NCBI GenBank assembly: GCA_963786935.1
Contig: CAWBAN010000001.1
Coordinates: 897,158 to 961,157 of the forward strand
Source: an uncultured bacterium
Lineage (GTDB): Bacteria > Krumholzibacteriota > Krumholzibacteriia > Krumholzibacteriales > Krumholzibacteriaceae
DNA length: 64,000 nt
Direction of reading: 5' to 3'
The translations under genes and the position numbers were made by a program. Shown in pieces: positions 10,077 through 19,292 of the stretch. A model generated the notes under the pieces. It was not told where the DNA came from and did no database searches. It was given only the letters and a program-made list of their open reading frames with translations. Each line of letters starts with the position of its first letter. Position 1 is the stretch's first letter.

Positions 10077-11474
10077 TCAGATCGCGCTCGAGCTCAGACG
10101 CGACAGCCGCTCGAGCGTTTTGAAGAGCTCCCCGTGAGCCGCCGTGAACGCGACGTTGCGGCGATCCATCATGATCTTCGCCGTCTCCAGCGCCGCATCG
10201 AGCTCGAATCGCTCGAGCTCCGGTTCCAGCTTCCAGGAAAAGCTCGGCACGAATTTCGGGGGAAATCCGACGGAGATCACGCTCGCGTTGAAGCCGACGA
10301 CGGTGCCCGTGTTGAGACGGGAGCCGATGGCGATCTTCGAATGGTCGCCGATCGTCGCGCCGAGAAACCGGCGCCCGGTGTCGCGCACGCGCCCCGCGCT
10401 CCACGCCCTGACGAGGCCGTAGTTGTTCTTGAGGTCGCTCGTGCAGCTCCCCGCGCCGATATTGACCCACGAGCCGATGTACGAGTGCCCCATGAATCCC
10501 TCATGCTGTTTGTTGCTGTACGAGGCGAAAACGCATTCCTCCACCTCTCCGCCGATCTTGCACGACGTGCCGATCGTCGTGCCGTGGCCGATCTTCGCGC
10601 CCCCGCGGACGATCGAGCCTTCGCCGATCGAACACGGTCCGCAGATGATCGCGTTCGGCTCGATGCGCGCGTTGTTCGCGATGACGATCGCACCTTCGCT
10701 CGCGTCGAGCACCGTTCCCGAACGGACCTCGACCCCGGAGCCGATCACGATGTCGTTTTCGTTGATGAGCTCAACGCCCTTGAACAGCTCCGTCTCGGGC
10801 GCGGTGCCGCGGAGGGGGTTCTTCTTGAAATCGTCGACGATGCAGTTCCGGTTCTCGCCGATCAGCTGCCAGTAGTGCGTGAGGAGCCGCACGCCGGTTT
10901 CCTCGAGCTTCACGCCGTTCTGCTGCGCCCACGCCCCGAGGGCCTTGCTTCGCGAAGCGCCCCGCTCCTCATCCCCGCTCTCGCGCGGCTTCCTCCCGTC
11001 CACGGCGGATGATCGCTTGATCTCCCTGATCGCCTTCTCGACGCTCTCGTCCGAGATCATCCCCCCGATGTAGGCGGCGAGGGAGGCGGCGCGGTCCCCG
11101 GGGAGCGAGGCCGCCACCACGGTGCCTTGCTTGTGGAGCGTGACGCCGCTTTTCAGGGAGGCGCACAGATCGCTCAATTCGTCGTCGTAGGCGAGGAGGC
11201 GGCCGTTGAGAAAGAGGATTTCCCCTTCGGGGAGCTCGTTCACGAGCGCCCCCCGCCCTCTCTCCCGCTCCTCTTCCCCGAGCACGCCGGCCAGATAGGG
11301 GCGGCAGAGAAGCGCCAGCGATTCCGGATTCAGCTCGTCGACGAGCCTGTTCCGGAAGGTCTGCGTTCCGATTCCGATATCGAAGACGGGGCGTCCGAGA
11401 GCGAGGGGAAAGAACGTCGGGAAGCGTTCGTCCTCAAACACGCAGAGAATGCGCGGCAACACATGAGAAGCCAT
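10077..11474 (-). CDS. putative sugar nucleotidyltransferase with C-terminal left-handed beta-helix (hexapeptide) domain
   Basis: An N-terminal MobA-like NTP transferase fold (PRILCVFEDERFPTFFPLALGRPVFDIGIG) is followed by multiple hexapeptide repeats (IGSGVEVRSGTVLDASEGAIVIANNARIEPNAIICGPCSIGEGSIVRGGAKIG). The start was chosen at M16, since the N-terminal R-rich extension is unlikely. Confidence 0.75.
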   Translation of the reverse strand: MASHVLPRILCVFEDERFPTFFPLALGRPVFDIGIGTQTFRNRLVDELNPESLALLCRPYLAGVLGEEERERGRGALVNELPEGEILFLNGRLLAYDDELSDLCASLKSGVTLHKQGTVVAASLPGDRAASLAAYIGGMISDESVEKAIREIKRSSAVDGRKPRESGDEERGASRSKALGAWAQQNGVKLEETGVRLLTHYWQLIGENRNCIVDDFKKNPLRGTAPETELFKGVELINENDIVIGSGVEVRSGTVLDASEGAIVIANNARIEPNAIICGPCSIGEGSIVRGGAKIGHGTTIGTSCKIGGEVEECVFASYSNKQHEGFMGHSYIGSWVNIGAGSCTSDLKNNYGLVRAWSAGRVRDTGRRFLGATIGDHSKIAIGSRLNTGTVVGFNASVISVGFPPKFVPSFSWKLEPELERFELDAALETAKIMMDRRNVAFTAAHGELFKTLERLSRLSSSAI

Positions 11475-11558
11475 GTCGACCGGGCCGGTCCCGGTTCGGG
11501 GGCGCCGGGCCGACGGCACGCCGGCACCCTCCGAGAGATGAGTGAATAAATAAAGAAA

Positions 11559-11634
11559 TGGTGGAGTTGACGGGGCTCGAACCCGTGACCTCTTGACTGC
11601 CAGTCAAGTGCTCTCCCAGTTGAGCTACAACCCC
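11559..11634 (-). tRNA. tRNA-Ala (anticodon GGC)
   Basis: The reverse complement folds as a cloverleaf, GGGGTTGTAGCTCAACTGGGAGAGCACTTGACTGGCAGTCAAGAGGTCACGGGTTCGAGCCCCGTCAACTCCACCA. It has the G3:U70 Ala identity pair, an anticodon loop CTGGCAG, a T-loop GGTTCGAGCCC and an encoded CCA. Confidence 0.85.
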
Positions 11635-11757
11635 ATGCGGATATAAGTTATCATGCAAAAGGCGGTCCAAGTCAAGGCGAAAGTTCGCCGGATTCCCATA
11701 TTGACGGTCGTGGGGAAAGACGATATCTTCTAGTGCCGAAGGCAGTTCCGCGAGCGT

Positions 11758-11844
11758 GCCGGAGTGGTGGAATTGGCAGACGCAGGGGACTCAAAATCCC
11801 CCGAGCGCAAGCTCATGAGGGTTCGATTCCCTCCTCCGGCACCA
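11758..11844 (+). tRNA. tRNA-Leu (anticodon CAA)
   Basis: GCCGGAGTGGTGGAATTGGCAGACGCAGGGGACTCAAAATCCCCCGAGCGCAAGCTCATGAGGGTTCGATTCCCTCCTCCGGCACCA is an 87-nt type II tRNA with a long variable arm, an anticodon loop CTCAAAA, a T-loop GGTTCGATTCC and CCA. Confidence 0.85.
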
Positions 11845-11876
11845 TACTATAGGGCCCGCGGCGCCCGAGGCGGGAT

Positions 11877-13604
11877 TCAGAAGCCGCTCGCCGCTCCGAG
11901 CTGTCGCGGCTGGTTCATCGAGGATTGCGCCTCGGCCGCCGGGCGCCGGTACGCCACCCATCCCGACCGGTTTTCCATCGCGCCGCAGACGATATCGGTG
12001 CAGGATCCGCCCGCCGCCGCGCTCAGGTCACCGAAGAATATCTTGAGAATGTCGGCGTGATCGATGACGACGTCGATCTTCTCATCGCAGAGGTAGCGAT
12101 CGATCGTGCCGCTCTTCATCGCCTCGAACGCCTCGCGATTCACCTTGCCGTCGAGGTTGATGATCTCGCGGCCCGAGAGGTAGCCGATCATCCCGCACTG
12201 GAACACGCCGATCCGCTCCCCCTTCTCCGTGTTTTCGTTCACCCACCGGGCGATATCGTAGAACGGGTAGATCGGCCGCGTCCGAAACGCCTGCGAGAAC
12301 GAGAATAGGACAAACAGCGCCGCGTAGCCTGCGGCGGCGGCGATCATCCCGCGCTTCAACGCGGAGGATCGGCTCCCGTACCAGTCCCGGATGTCCTGCA
12401 GGAAGAGGGCGAGATAAACGCAGGCGATGAGATAGACCGGATAGAAGTAACGGAGGAAGAAGAACATGCCGAACACGTACGTCGCGTACGACGCGATGAG
12501 AGCCGTCGAGAAGAGCGCGAGAAAATGCAGCTCCCCGCGGACTCTCTTGCGTTCGTCGCGCCGCCAGGCGAGCGCGGCGACGCCCGCGCCGCAGAGCGCG
12601 AGGAATCCGATCACGTTGCCCGCGGCGCGGAATCCGCCGGGCGAGCCGAGCATCGATCCGGCCCGGTCGATCAGCCGGAAGATCAGGTGCACGGGCGGAA
12701 TGACCTTCAGCGTCGAGATCGCATGCGTCATATGGGCGGTGATGAACCGGGCGTCGGGGCCCGCTCCCCCCATGTCCCCCGAGCCGTAGCCGAAGTACCC
12801 GGCGTACGCGAGCGAAAGAAGACGCGTGGCGCTGCCGCTGTCCTGCAGCGGGCTCCCGCAGACGGCCATAGTGACCGCGAGCCAGGGACCGTACAGAACG
12901 GCGATTCCGACCGGAACGAGGGAGAGCCGCGCGAGACGTCTCGCGGGTACCCGCGCGCGCCGCATCAGCACGAGGTAATCGAGCAGAATCACGAGGGCGA
13001 GCAGCGCCCCGTCGATGCGCGAGAGGATCGTGAGGCCGAGCAGAATCCCCAGCACCGCGAAACTCGAAGCGGGAGGATTCTCCCGCGAGCGAATCCGGCC
13101 GAGATAGTAGAACACGGAGACGGCGATCATGAACGAGGCGAGCGCCGTCTCGAGACCGTTCGCGGTCTGCTTCGTCACGATCGGCGAGAACGCCCAGATG
13201 AGCGCGGCGGCGAGCGACGCCCCCCATCCGACGTACCGGCGGCAGATGCGATAGAGAACGAAGGCCGTCAACGCGGTGAAAACGGCGAGCAGCGAGAGGG
13301 CGACGTAGATGGGAATCACGGGATCGTCGCCGGCGAGCGCGTACGCAGGCACCAAAAGCATCACGTAGAGCGGCTGAAATCCCGTGGTCGAATGGATGCC
13401 GTCGAAGGTCGCGCCTTCGCCGGCCGCGATGTTCCGCGCGATATTGAACGCGTAGAAGCTGTCGTCATAGAGGAAACCGTTCCTGGCGAGCGTCCCCATG
13501 TCCTGCCACGCGACAGCGAAATGAAAGACCAGAACGGCGAGCGCGGCGACGGCGATGAGCGCCGCCCGATGTTGCGCGAAAAACAAAAGCCCCCCCGATC
13601 GCAA
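11877..13604 (-). CDS. polytopic membrane glycosyltransferase, GT39/GT83 (ArnT/PMT-like) family
   Basis: The 575-aa protein has ~11 predicted TM helices, an N-terminal acidic motif (FLYDDSFYAFNIARNIAAGEG) typical of ArnT/PMT-type lipid-linked sugar transferases, and a C-terminal soluble periplasmic domain. Confidence 0.7.
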   Translation of the reverse strand: MRSGGLLFFAQHRAALIAVAALAVLVFHFAVAWQDMGTLARNGFLYDDSFYAFNIARNIAAGEGATFDGIHSTTGFQPLYVMLLVPAYALAGDDPVIPIYVALSLLAVFTALTAFVLYRICRRYVGWGASLAAALIWAFSPIVTKQTANGLETALASFMIAVSVFYYLGRIRSRENPPASSFAVLGILLGLTILSRIDGALLALVILLDYLVLMRRARVPARRLARLSLVPVGIAVLYGPWLAVTMAVCGSPLQDSGSATRLLSLAYAGYFGYGSGDMGGAGPDARFITAHMTHAISTLKVIPPVHLIFRLIDRAGSMLGSPGGFRAAGNVIGFLALCGAGVAALAWRRDERKRVRGELHFLALFSTALIASYATYVFGMFFFLRYFYPVYLIACVYLALFLQDIRDWYGSRSSALKRGMIAAAAGYAALFVLFSFSQAFRTRPIYPFYDIARWVNENTEKGERIGVFQCGMIGYLSGREIINLDGKVNREAFEAMKSGTIDRYLCDEKIDVVIDHADILKIFFGDLSAAAGGSCTDIVCGAMENRSGWVAYRRPAAEAQSSMNQPRQLGAASGF

Positions 13605-13710
13605 TTATCTCCGATAGAAATCCTTCCGGATTGATATGCGGAATTTCGTGCAAGGCATTGTACAAGATAATGATGCGAAAGTCAACAGAGGCTTTCGAGG
13701 CGAGGGCGCT

Positions 13711-15747
13711 TTATCGAAACGAGATCGTCGCTTCCCGCCGCCCCTCCAGCTCGAGAAGAATGAAGGGAACCGGATCCCGAAGCCGTCTCACCGGCGAGAT
13801 GCGGCACGGCGGCGACACGCGCAAGCCCTGGTCCCAGTGATACTTCAGCAGCACGGATTTCGGCGCATCCCGGCCGGTCCCTCCCGCCACGGACACATGC
13901 AGAGAATCGTACCCCGATCGGACCGTTACTCCTGTCTCCGAGGCGAAACCCGAATACGGCGTCGTGACGCCGTACAACGCGAACGGTTTCGAAGACCAAA
14001 GCGCCGCCACATAGGGCAGGTCCTCGACATACGCGGCGCTCTCCGGTGTGGCCGTCAGTATCCAGCGGATGTTGTACAGATCGAGGTATCCGAGGAGCGT
14101 GTCCGCCGGCAGCTCCCGGAGCGGCATGCCCATGGTCAGCCGCGTTTGGAACGTCGCGAATGCGTGCTTGATGAACATGAACGGATACGGCCCCCCGATC
14201 TGTTCGATGCCGGTGAACAGGGGGATCATCGAGGGGAGATGGCTGTCTCCATACGCCCACGCCGGTCCGTCCTCGACCATGAGCCTCCCCGAGCGATCGG
14301 CATGCGCCTCGATCGCCTCGATAGCCCGCGTAACTTCGGGCGTGAGCGTCGTCGAAAGGGTGTGGCGGTAGAACGAGCGCGCTTCGAGGAGCCCGAGGGC
14401 CGGAATGCCCGCGAGGAACAGGATGACGACGGCGGCCCGCGCGGGGAGGAACGCGCGCGGCACGGCGATCGACGCCCGGGCGCGATCCACGATCCATCGC
14501 CCGCCGGCCCCGGCGAGCGGCGCCATGAACACGAACGCCGGCACGAGAAAACGTCCCGGCTCCATCTGGTCGACGACCGGCAGCCGGGTTCCGAAAGCGG
14601 CGGTGAACAGGAAAAAGACGCACGAGACGGCCGGCGCGACGGCATCGCCGCCGCGTCCCCGCCGCGCGAGTCCTCCACATCCCACCGCGGCGAGCGCGAG
14701 GAGCAGCAGCGCCGGAAGATTCCCCGGCTTGACCATGAGCGCGAGCAGCCCCCGCAACCCGTCGATCTGAAAAAAGGATTCCGAAGCCGTCTTGATATGG
14801 AGGTATCTGAAGAAGGGGACGAGCCAGAACACGTTAGCGGCAAGCACGATCAGGCACCAGAGCGCGAATCTCGCCGGAAGCGGCTTCCCCTCTTCCCCTC
14901 TTTTCTTCCGCTTCGTCCGGCGGCTTCCCCGGACGATCCAGAGCGCGACGAACGGAACCGGCAGCAGAACGGCGGCCGTCGGATGGATGAGAAACGCCAG
15001 GGCGCCGAGGGCGTAGAACCGGATCACGCGCTCTCCGTCGAGAAACGATCCGAACAGCCCGGCGATATACAGGGACAGATGGCACACGAAGAGGTACGCG
15101 AACATTCCGGCGTACCGGAAATCCCCCGCGTACGGCCTGCCCCAATGCCAGTACGCGAGAAAGACCAGCGTGCCGAGCACGGACTCCTCGGGATCGAAGC
15201 GCAGCCGCCGGCATCCCGCGTAGATCGTGACCGCCGCGAGCAGATGCGCGAGCAGGATGAAGAGCTTGAACGAGCGCGCCGTATCGATGAATCGGAGCAG
15301 CGCGCACCAGAGCGATACCCCGACGGTGTCGATTTCGAACACGGTTCCTCCGGGATATCCCGCGAGGAAATAGGGATCGTACGCATCGAGCCTGAAGGAT
15401 TTCCAGAACACCTCCCTTCCCCGCTCGACTTCGTAGAAGTGCACCGCGTGATCGAGCGACAGGACCGGGCGATCGTTGGCGACGTCCTCGGGGGGGAAAA
15501 AGTACAGCGTCGCGATCACATGGCAGGCGACGAGGGCGATGACGATCGCCGCGCCCCGCGCGCCCGACGCGTCCCACGCCCTCGCGAGCCGGATGAGCGG
15601 CCCGAGCGCGAGGAGCGCCGCCGCGCAGAGGAGCGCCGCGGGCAGCGCGATGCCCGCCGTTCCGAACCCCCGCGCCGCCGAGGCGACGCCCATCGCCGCG
15701 GCGCCGCCGAGCAGCCAGAAATCGATCGTTCGAAGCTTGCGTGCCAT
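13711..15747 (-). CDS. large integral membrane protein of unknown function (putative membrane glycosyltransferase/polymerase-like)
   Basis: The 678-aa protein has more than 12 hydrophobic helices in the N-terminal two-thirds and a C-terminal soluble domain. It is co-oriented and tightly spaced with its two flanking genes on the minus strand. Confidence 0.65.
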   Translation of the reverse strand: MARKLRTIDFWLLGGAAAMGVASAARGFGTAGIALPAALLCAAALLALGPLIRLARAWDASGARGAAIVIALVACHVIATLYFFPPEDVANDRPVLSLDHAVHFYEVERGREVFWKSFRLDAYDPYFLAGYPGGTVFEIDTVGVSLWCALLRFIDTARSFKLFILLAHLLAAVTIYAGCRRLRFDPEESVLGTLVFLAYWHWGRPYAGDFRYAGMFAYLFVCHLSLYIAGLFGSFLDGERVIRFYALGALAFLIHPTAAVLLPVPFVALWIVRGSRRTKRKKRGEEGKPLPARFALWCLIVLAANVFWLVPFFRYLHIKTASESFFQIDGLRGLLALMVKPGNLPALLLLALAAVGCGGLARRGRGGDAVAPAVSCVFFLFTAAFGTRLPVVDQMEPGRFLVPAFVFMAPLAGAGGRWIVDRARASIAVPRAFLPARAAVVILFLAGIPALGLLEARSFYRHTLSTTLTPEVTRAIEAIEAHADRSGRLMVEDGPAWAYGDSHLPSMIPLFTGIEQIGGPYPFMFIKHAFATFQTRLTMGMPLRELPADTLLGYLDLYNIRWILTATPESAAYVEDLPYVAALWSSKPFALYGVTTPYSGFASETGVTVRSGYDSLHVSVAGGTGRDAPKSVLLKYHWDQGLRVSPPCRISPVRRLRDPVPFILLELEGRREATISFR

Positions 15748-15775
15748 GGTGCGCGTCCCGCGAAGGGGGATCCGG

Positions 15776-18700
15776 TCAAAGCGCCTTCACGACGACGACG
15801 GTCATATCGTCGTGCTGCGGGGCGGATCCGACGAACCGCTGCACGTCCGCGATGATCCGGTCCTTGATCTCGCCCGCCGACAGGGCGGACAGGTCGACGA
15901 TTTCGAGAAAGCGCTTCAAACAATCGTAATCGTAATGCTCGAGCGAGCCGTTGCGCGCGTCCGTCACCCCGTCCGTGAACAGGACGAGCACGTCGCCGCG
16001 CTCCATGCGGACGCTCCGCTCCTCGTACGCCGTGTCCTGCAGCGCGCCGAGCGGAAACCGCGGCCCCGCGCTCTCGAGCGGGCGGACCGCATCCGCCGTC
16101 TTGAGCAGCGGGGCGAGGAATCCCGCGTTGGCGTACGCGAAGGTCCGGTGCGCCACATCGAGCGCGCCGAGCCAGAGCGCCGTGTACGTCTCTTCGTTCG
16201 TCTTGATGAACAGCGGACGGTTCAATCCCGTCAGCGCGGCGGCGGGCGAGAAATGTTCGTCCGCTTTCGACGATATCATGCCGTTCGACATGATCGCGAT
16301 CATGGCCGCCTTCATCGCCTTTCCCGACACGTCGCCCACCGCGAGCCCGAATCTCGTGTGCCGCTCGTCCAGCCAGAAGTAATCGAAGAAATCCCCCCCC
16401 ACCTCGTGCGCCGGTATGCAGGCGCCGGAGACGCCGAATCCCTCGACGACGGGATCGCCCTGGGGCATGATCGACATCTGCGCGTCGTGCGCCGCCCGCA
16501 GCTCCGCTTCGAGAAAGATGGAGGTGCGCCGCCTCCGTGCCCACACGACGAGGAGCAGGGCCGCGAGCGCGACGGCGAGCGCCCTGAACCACCACGTCCC
16601 CCAGAACGGAGGCGTGATCGTGATGGCGACGGCGGTTCCCGCTTCGTTCCACACCCCGTCGTTGTTCGATCCCTTGACCCGGAACACGTACGCGCCCGGC
16701 CGCAGGGTGGTGTAGTTCGCGTAGCGCTTCGCCGCGTTCGTGTACACCCAGTCCCGGTCGAGCCCCTCCATCCGGTACGCGTAGAGATTCTTTCCCGGCG
16801 CGGTGAAATCGAGGGCGGCGAACTCGAAGGAGAACACGTAATCCCGGTACGAGAGCTTCACCTCTTTCAGCTCCGACACGGGCACATCCGTTTTCGCCTC
16901 GCGGTTGAGCTTCGTGAAGGACGTGATGACCACCGGGGGGATGTACGCGTTGTCCCTGATCCGCTCGGGGAAGAACGCGTTGAATCCGTTGATGCCGCCG
17001 AAGAACATCTCGCCGCTGCGGCCCTTGAAATACGCGCCGGCGTCGAACTCCTTGCTCTGAAGCCCGTCCTGCGCCGTGTAGTTCTTGAAGAACTCCGTTT
17101 TCGGATTGAACCGCGAGAGTCCGTTGTTCGTGCTGATCCAGAGATTCCCGTCCCCGTCCTCGAGCATGCCGTAGATCGCGTTGCTCGCGAGGCCGTCCCG
17201 GTCGGTATACCGCCTGACCGTCCCCCGGACCCGGTCGAGTTTCTGGAGGCCTCCCCCCCACGTGGCGATCCAGAGATCCCCGGCCTTCGATTCGTAGAGG
17301 GACATGATGAATTGCTCGTTGACGGCGCTCGAATCGGCGGAGCTTCCTCCCCGCCGCTCGAACGTTCGGCCGCGCCGGTCGAAGGTGCTGAGCCCGCCGC
17401 CCTGCGTGCCGACCCAGTACGTCCCCGCGGCGTCCTGATAGATCGTCCGCACGAAATCGTTGCTGAGGCTCGACGGATCGTTCGGATCGTGCCGGTAGAC
17501 GGTGAATTTCCTCGAGGCGGGGTCGAACGCATTCATCCCGCCGCCGTTCGTCCCGATCCAGAGCAGGCCGTCCCGGTCGATGAAAATGCACCGGATCTCG
17601 TCGTTGCTGAGGCTCGACGGATCGTTCGGATCGTGCCGGTACGCGGTGAACCGCCCCGTCCGCGGATCGAACGCGTCGACGCCGCCGCCGTTCGTCCCGA
17701 TCCAGAGAATTCCCGAACGATCCGGAGTGATCACCCGCACGATATCGCTGCTGAGGCTCGCGGGATCGCGCGAATCGTGCCGGTAATGGCGGAATTCGTT
17801 CCTCCGCCGGTCGAGCCGGTCCAATCCGCCCCCGTGGGTGCCGATCCACAGGATCCCGTCCTCATCCTCGTACAGCGACCAGACGAATTCGTGGCTCAGG
17901 CTGTTCGGGTTGTTCGTCTCCCGCTTGAAATGGGCGAATTCCTTTTTCTTCGTGTCGTAGGCGCTGATGCCCCCGCCCCACGTGCCGATCCAGAGCACGC
18001 CGGACCGGTCTTCGCACAGCGCGAAGATCTCGTTGTAGCTGAGGCTGAGGGGATCGAGCGGATCGTTTCGATACGCCGTGAACGTGCCCGTGCTCCGGTC
18101 GAAACGATTGAGCCCCCCCTTGTTCGTGCCGACCCAGAGCATCGACGTGTGGTCTTCGAGAATCGAATAAACCCCGTTGTTGCTCAGGCTCGAGGGATCG
18201 GCGGGATCGTTCCGATAGCGGGTGAAATCCCTCGTCCTCGGATCGAACGAGTTCAAGCCGTTCTCCGTGCCGATCCAGATGGTCCCCGCGCGGTCGCGAT
18301 AGATGGATCGAACGGCGTTGTCGCTCAAACTGCGCGGGTCGCCGGGCACGTTCCGGAAACGCGTCGATTCCCCCGTGGCCCGGTCGAACCGGTTGAGCCC
18401 GTCGTCGGTGCCGATCCAGAGGAATCCCGACCGGTCTTCGACGATCCCCCGCACCGCGTCGTTCGAGAGGCTCCGCGGATTGCGGGCATCGTGATGGTAC
18501 TGGACGAACGTGCCCGTCGTCCGGTTGAAACGGTTCAATCCGCCGTCCGTGCCGACCCAGAGCGTGCCTCTGCTGTCTTCGTAGATCGTCCGCACGAGAT
18601 CGTGGCTGAGGCTGCGCGGATCCCCCGCGGCCGCTCGGTAGCTTGTGAACCGGTCGGTCGCGGGATCGAAGCTGTTGAGCCCGCCGTTGAACAGGCCGAT

Positions 18701-19048
18701 CCAGATCAGGCCCGAGCGATCCTCGCAGAGCGAAAGCACCCAATTGCCGTTCAGGCTGTTCGGATTCGCCGGATCCTGCCGTAGAACGGTGAACTTGTAG
18801 CCGTCGAATTTGTTCAGGCCGTCCTGCGTGCCGAACCACATGAATCCCTTGCTGTCCTGCAGGATGCATTCGACGATGCTCTGCGAAAGGCCCTGCTCGA
18901 TCGAGAGACGGGCGAAGACGACCGCCTCGAGCTGCGCGCCGGCGCCGCTCGACGCGCCCGGGACGGCGCAGAGAAACGCCGCGAGCGCGAGCGCGGCCTT
19001 CCCGATCGCTCCCGTCCGGTTTCCGCGCGGGCGGGGATCTCGCTCCAT
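15776..19048 (-). CDS. sensor protein: two-component regulator propeller (Reg_prop) repeats + Y_Y_Y domain + TM helix + PP2C/SpoIIE-family serine phosphatase
   Basis: After a signal peptide there are about 13 repeats of the form DSxGxLWIGTxxGLNRFD..TGxFTxYRHDPxDPxSLSxN. A Y_Y_Y-like region (NLYAYRMEGLDRDWVY) and one TM helix (WWFRALAVALAALLLVVWA) follow. The cytoplasmic domain has PP2C motifs (GDFFDYF, GDVSGKAM, FTDGVTDA, QHDDMTVVVV). The start was set at M26 ahead of the signal peptide. Confidence 0.85.
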   Translation of the reverse strand: MERDPRPRGNRTGAIGKAALALAAFLCAVPGASSGAGAQLEAVVFARLSIEQGLSQSIVECILQDSKGFMWFGTQDGLNKFDGYKFTVLRQDPANPNSLNGNWVLSLCEDRSGLIWIGLFNGGLNSFDPATDRFTSYRAAAGDPRSLSHDLVRTIYEDSRGTLWVGTDGGLNRFNRTTGTFVQYHHDARNPRSLSNDAVRGIVEDRSGFLWIGTDDGLNRFDRATGESTRFRNVPGDPRSLSDNAVRSIYRDRAGTIWIGTENGLNSFDPRTRDFTRYRNDPADPSSLSNNGVYSILEDHTSMLWVGTNKGGLNRFDRSTGTFTAYRNDPLDPLSLSYNEIFALCEDRSGVLWIGTWGGGISAYDTKKKEFAHFKRETNNPNSLSHEFVWSLYEDEDGILWIGTHGGGLDRLDRRRNEFRHYRHDSRDPASLSSDIVRVITPDRSGILWIGTNGGGVDAFDPRTGRFTAYRHDPNDPSSLSNDEIRCIFIDRDGLLWIGTNGGGMNAFDPASRKFTVYRHDPNDPSSLSNDFVRTIYQDAAGTYWVGTQGGGLSTFDRRGRTFERRGGSSADSSAVNEQFIMSLYESKAGDLWIATWGGGLQKLDRVRGTVRRYTDRDGLASNAIYGMLEDGDGNLWISTNNGLSRFNPKTEFFKNYTAQDGLQSKEFDAGAYFKGRSGEMFFGGINGFNAFFPERIRDNAYIPPVVITSFTKLNREAKTDVPVSELKEVKLSYRDYVFSFEFAALDFTAPGKNLYAYRMEGLDRDWVYTNAAKRYANYTTLRPGAYVFRVKGSNNDGVWNEAGTAVAITITPPFWGTWWFRALAVALAALLLVVWARRRRTSIFLEAELRAAHDAQMSIMPQGDPVVEGFGVSGACIPAHEVGGDFFDYFWLDERHTRFGLAVGDVSGKAMKAAMIAIMSNGMISSKADEHFSPAAALTGLNRPLFIKTNEETYTALWLGALDVAHRTFAYANAGFLAPLLKTADAVRPLESAGPRFPLGALQDTAYEERSVRMERGDVLVLFTDGVTDARNGSLEHYDYDCLKRFLEIVDLSALSAGEIKDRIIADVQRFVGSAPQHDDMTVVVVKAL

Positions 19049-19292
19049 TCCGATGACCTCCCGATGCGGCGCCCGCTCGGCGCGCGCGGTTCGAACAGCG
19101 CCCCGGCCGGGCGCGGCTTGCATCCACTCCAGCGGCCCCCCATTCTATACGATAGCGCCCGCAGCGACAACATCGCAATGCGCGGGCGTCATCGGCGGCC
19201 GGCGGCTCCCGGATATATGCCTTGACCGTGGCGGCTTCGGGCCATAGCATTAATTGGCTTCGCGCGGAAGCGCCCCGTCAGGAGGATATGCG

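Noticed and set aside
11434-11670. A 78-aa minus-strand ORF and a 98-aa ORF (11764..12060).
   Set aside because: They directly overlap the tRNA-Ala and tRNA-Leu genes. The 'protein' sequence is just translated tRNA.
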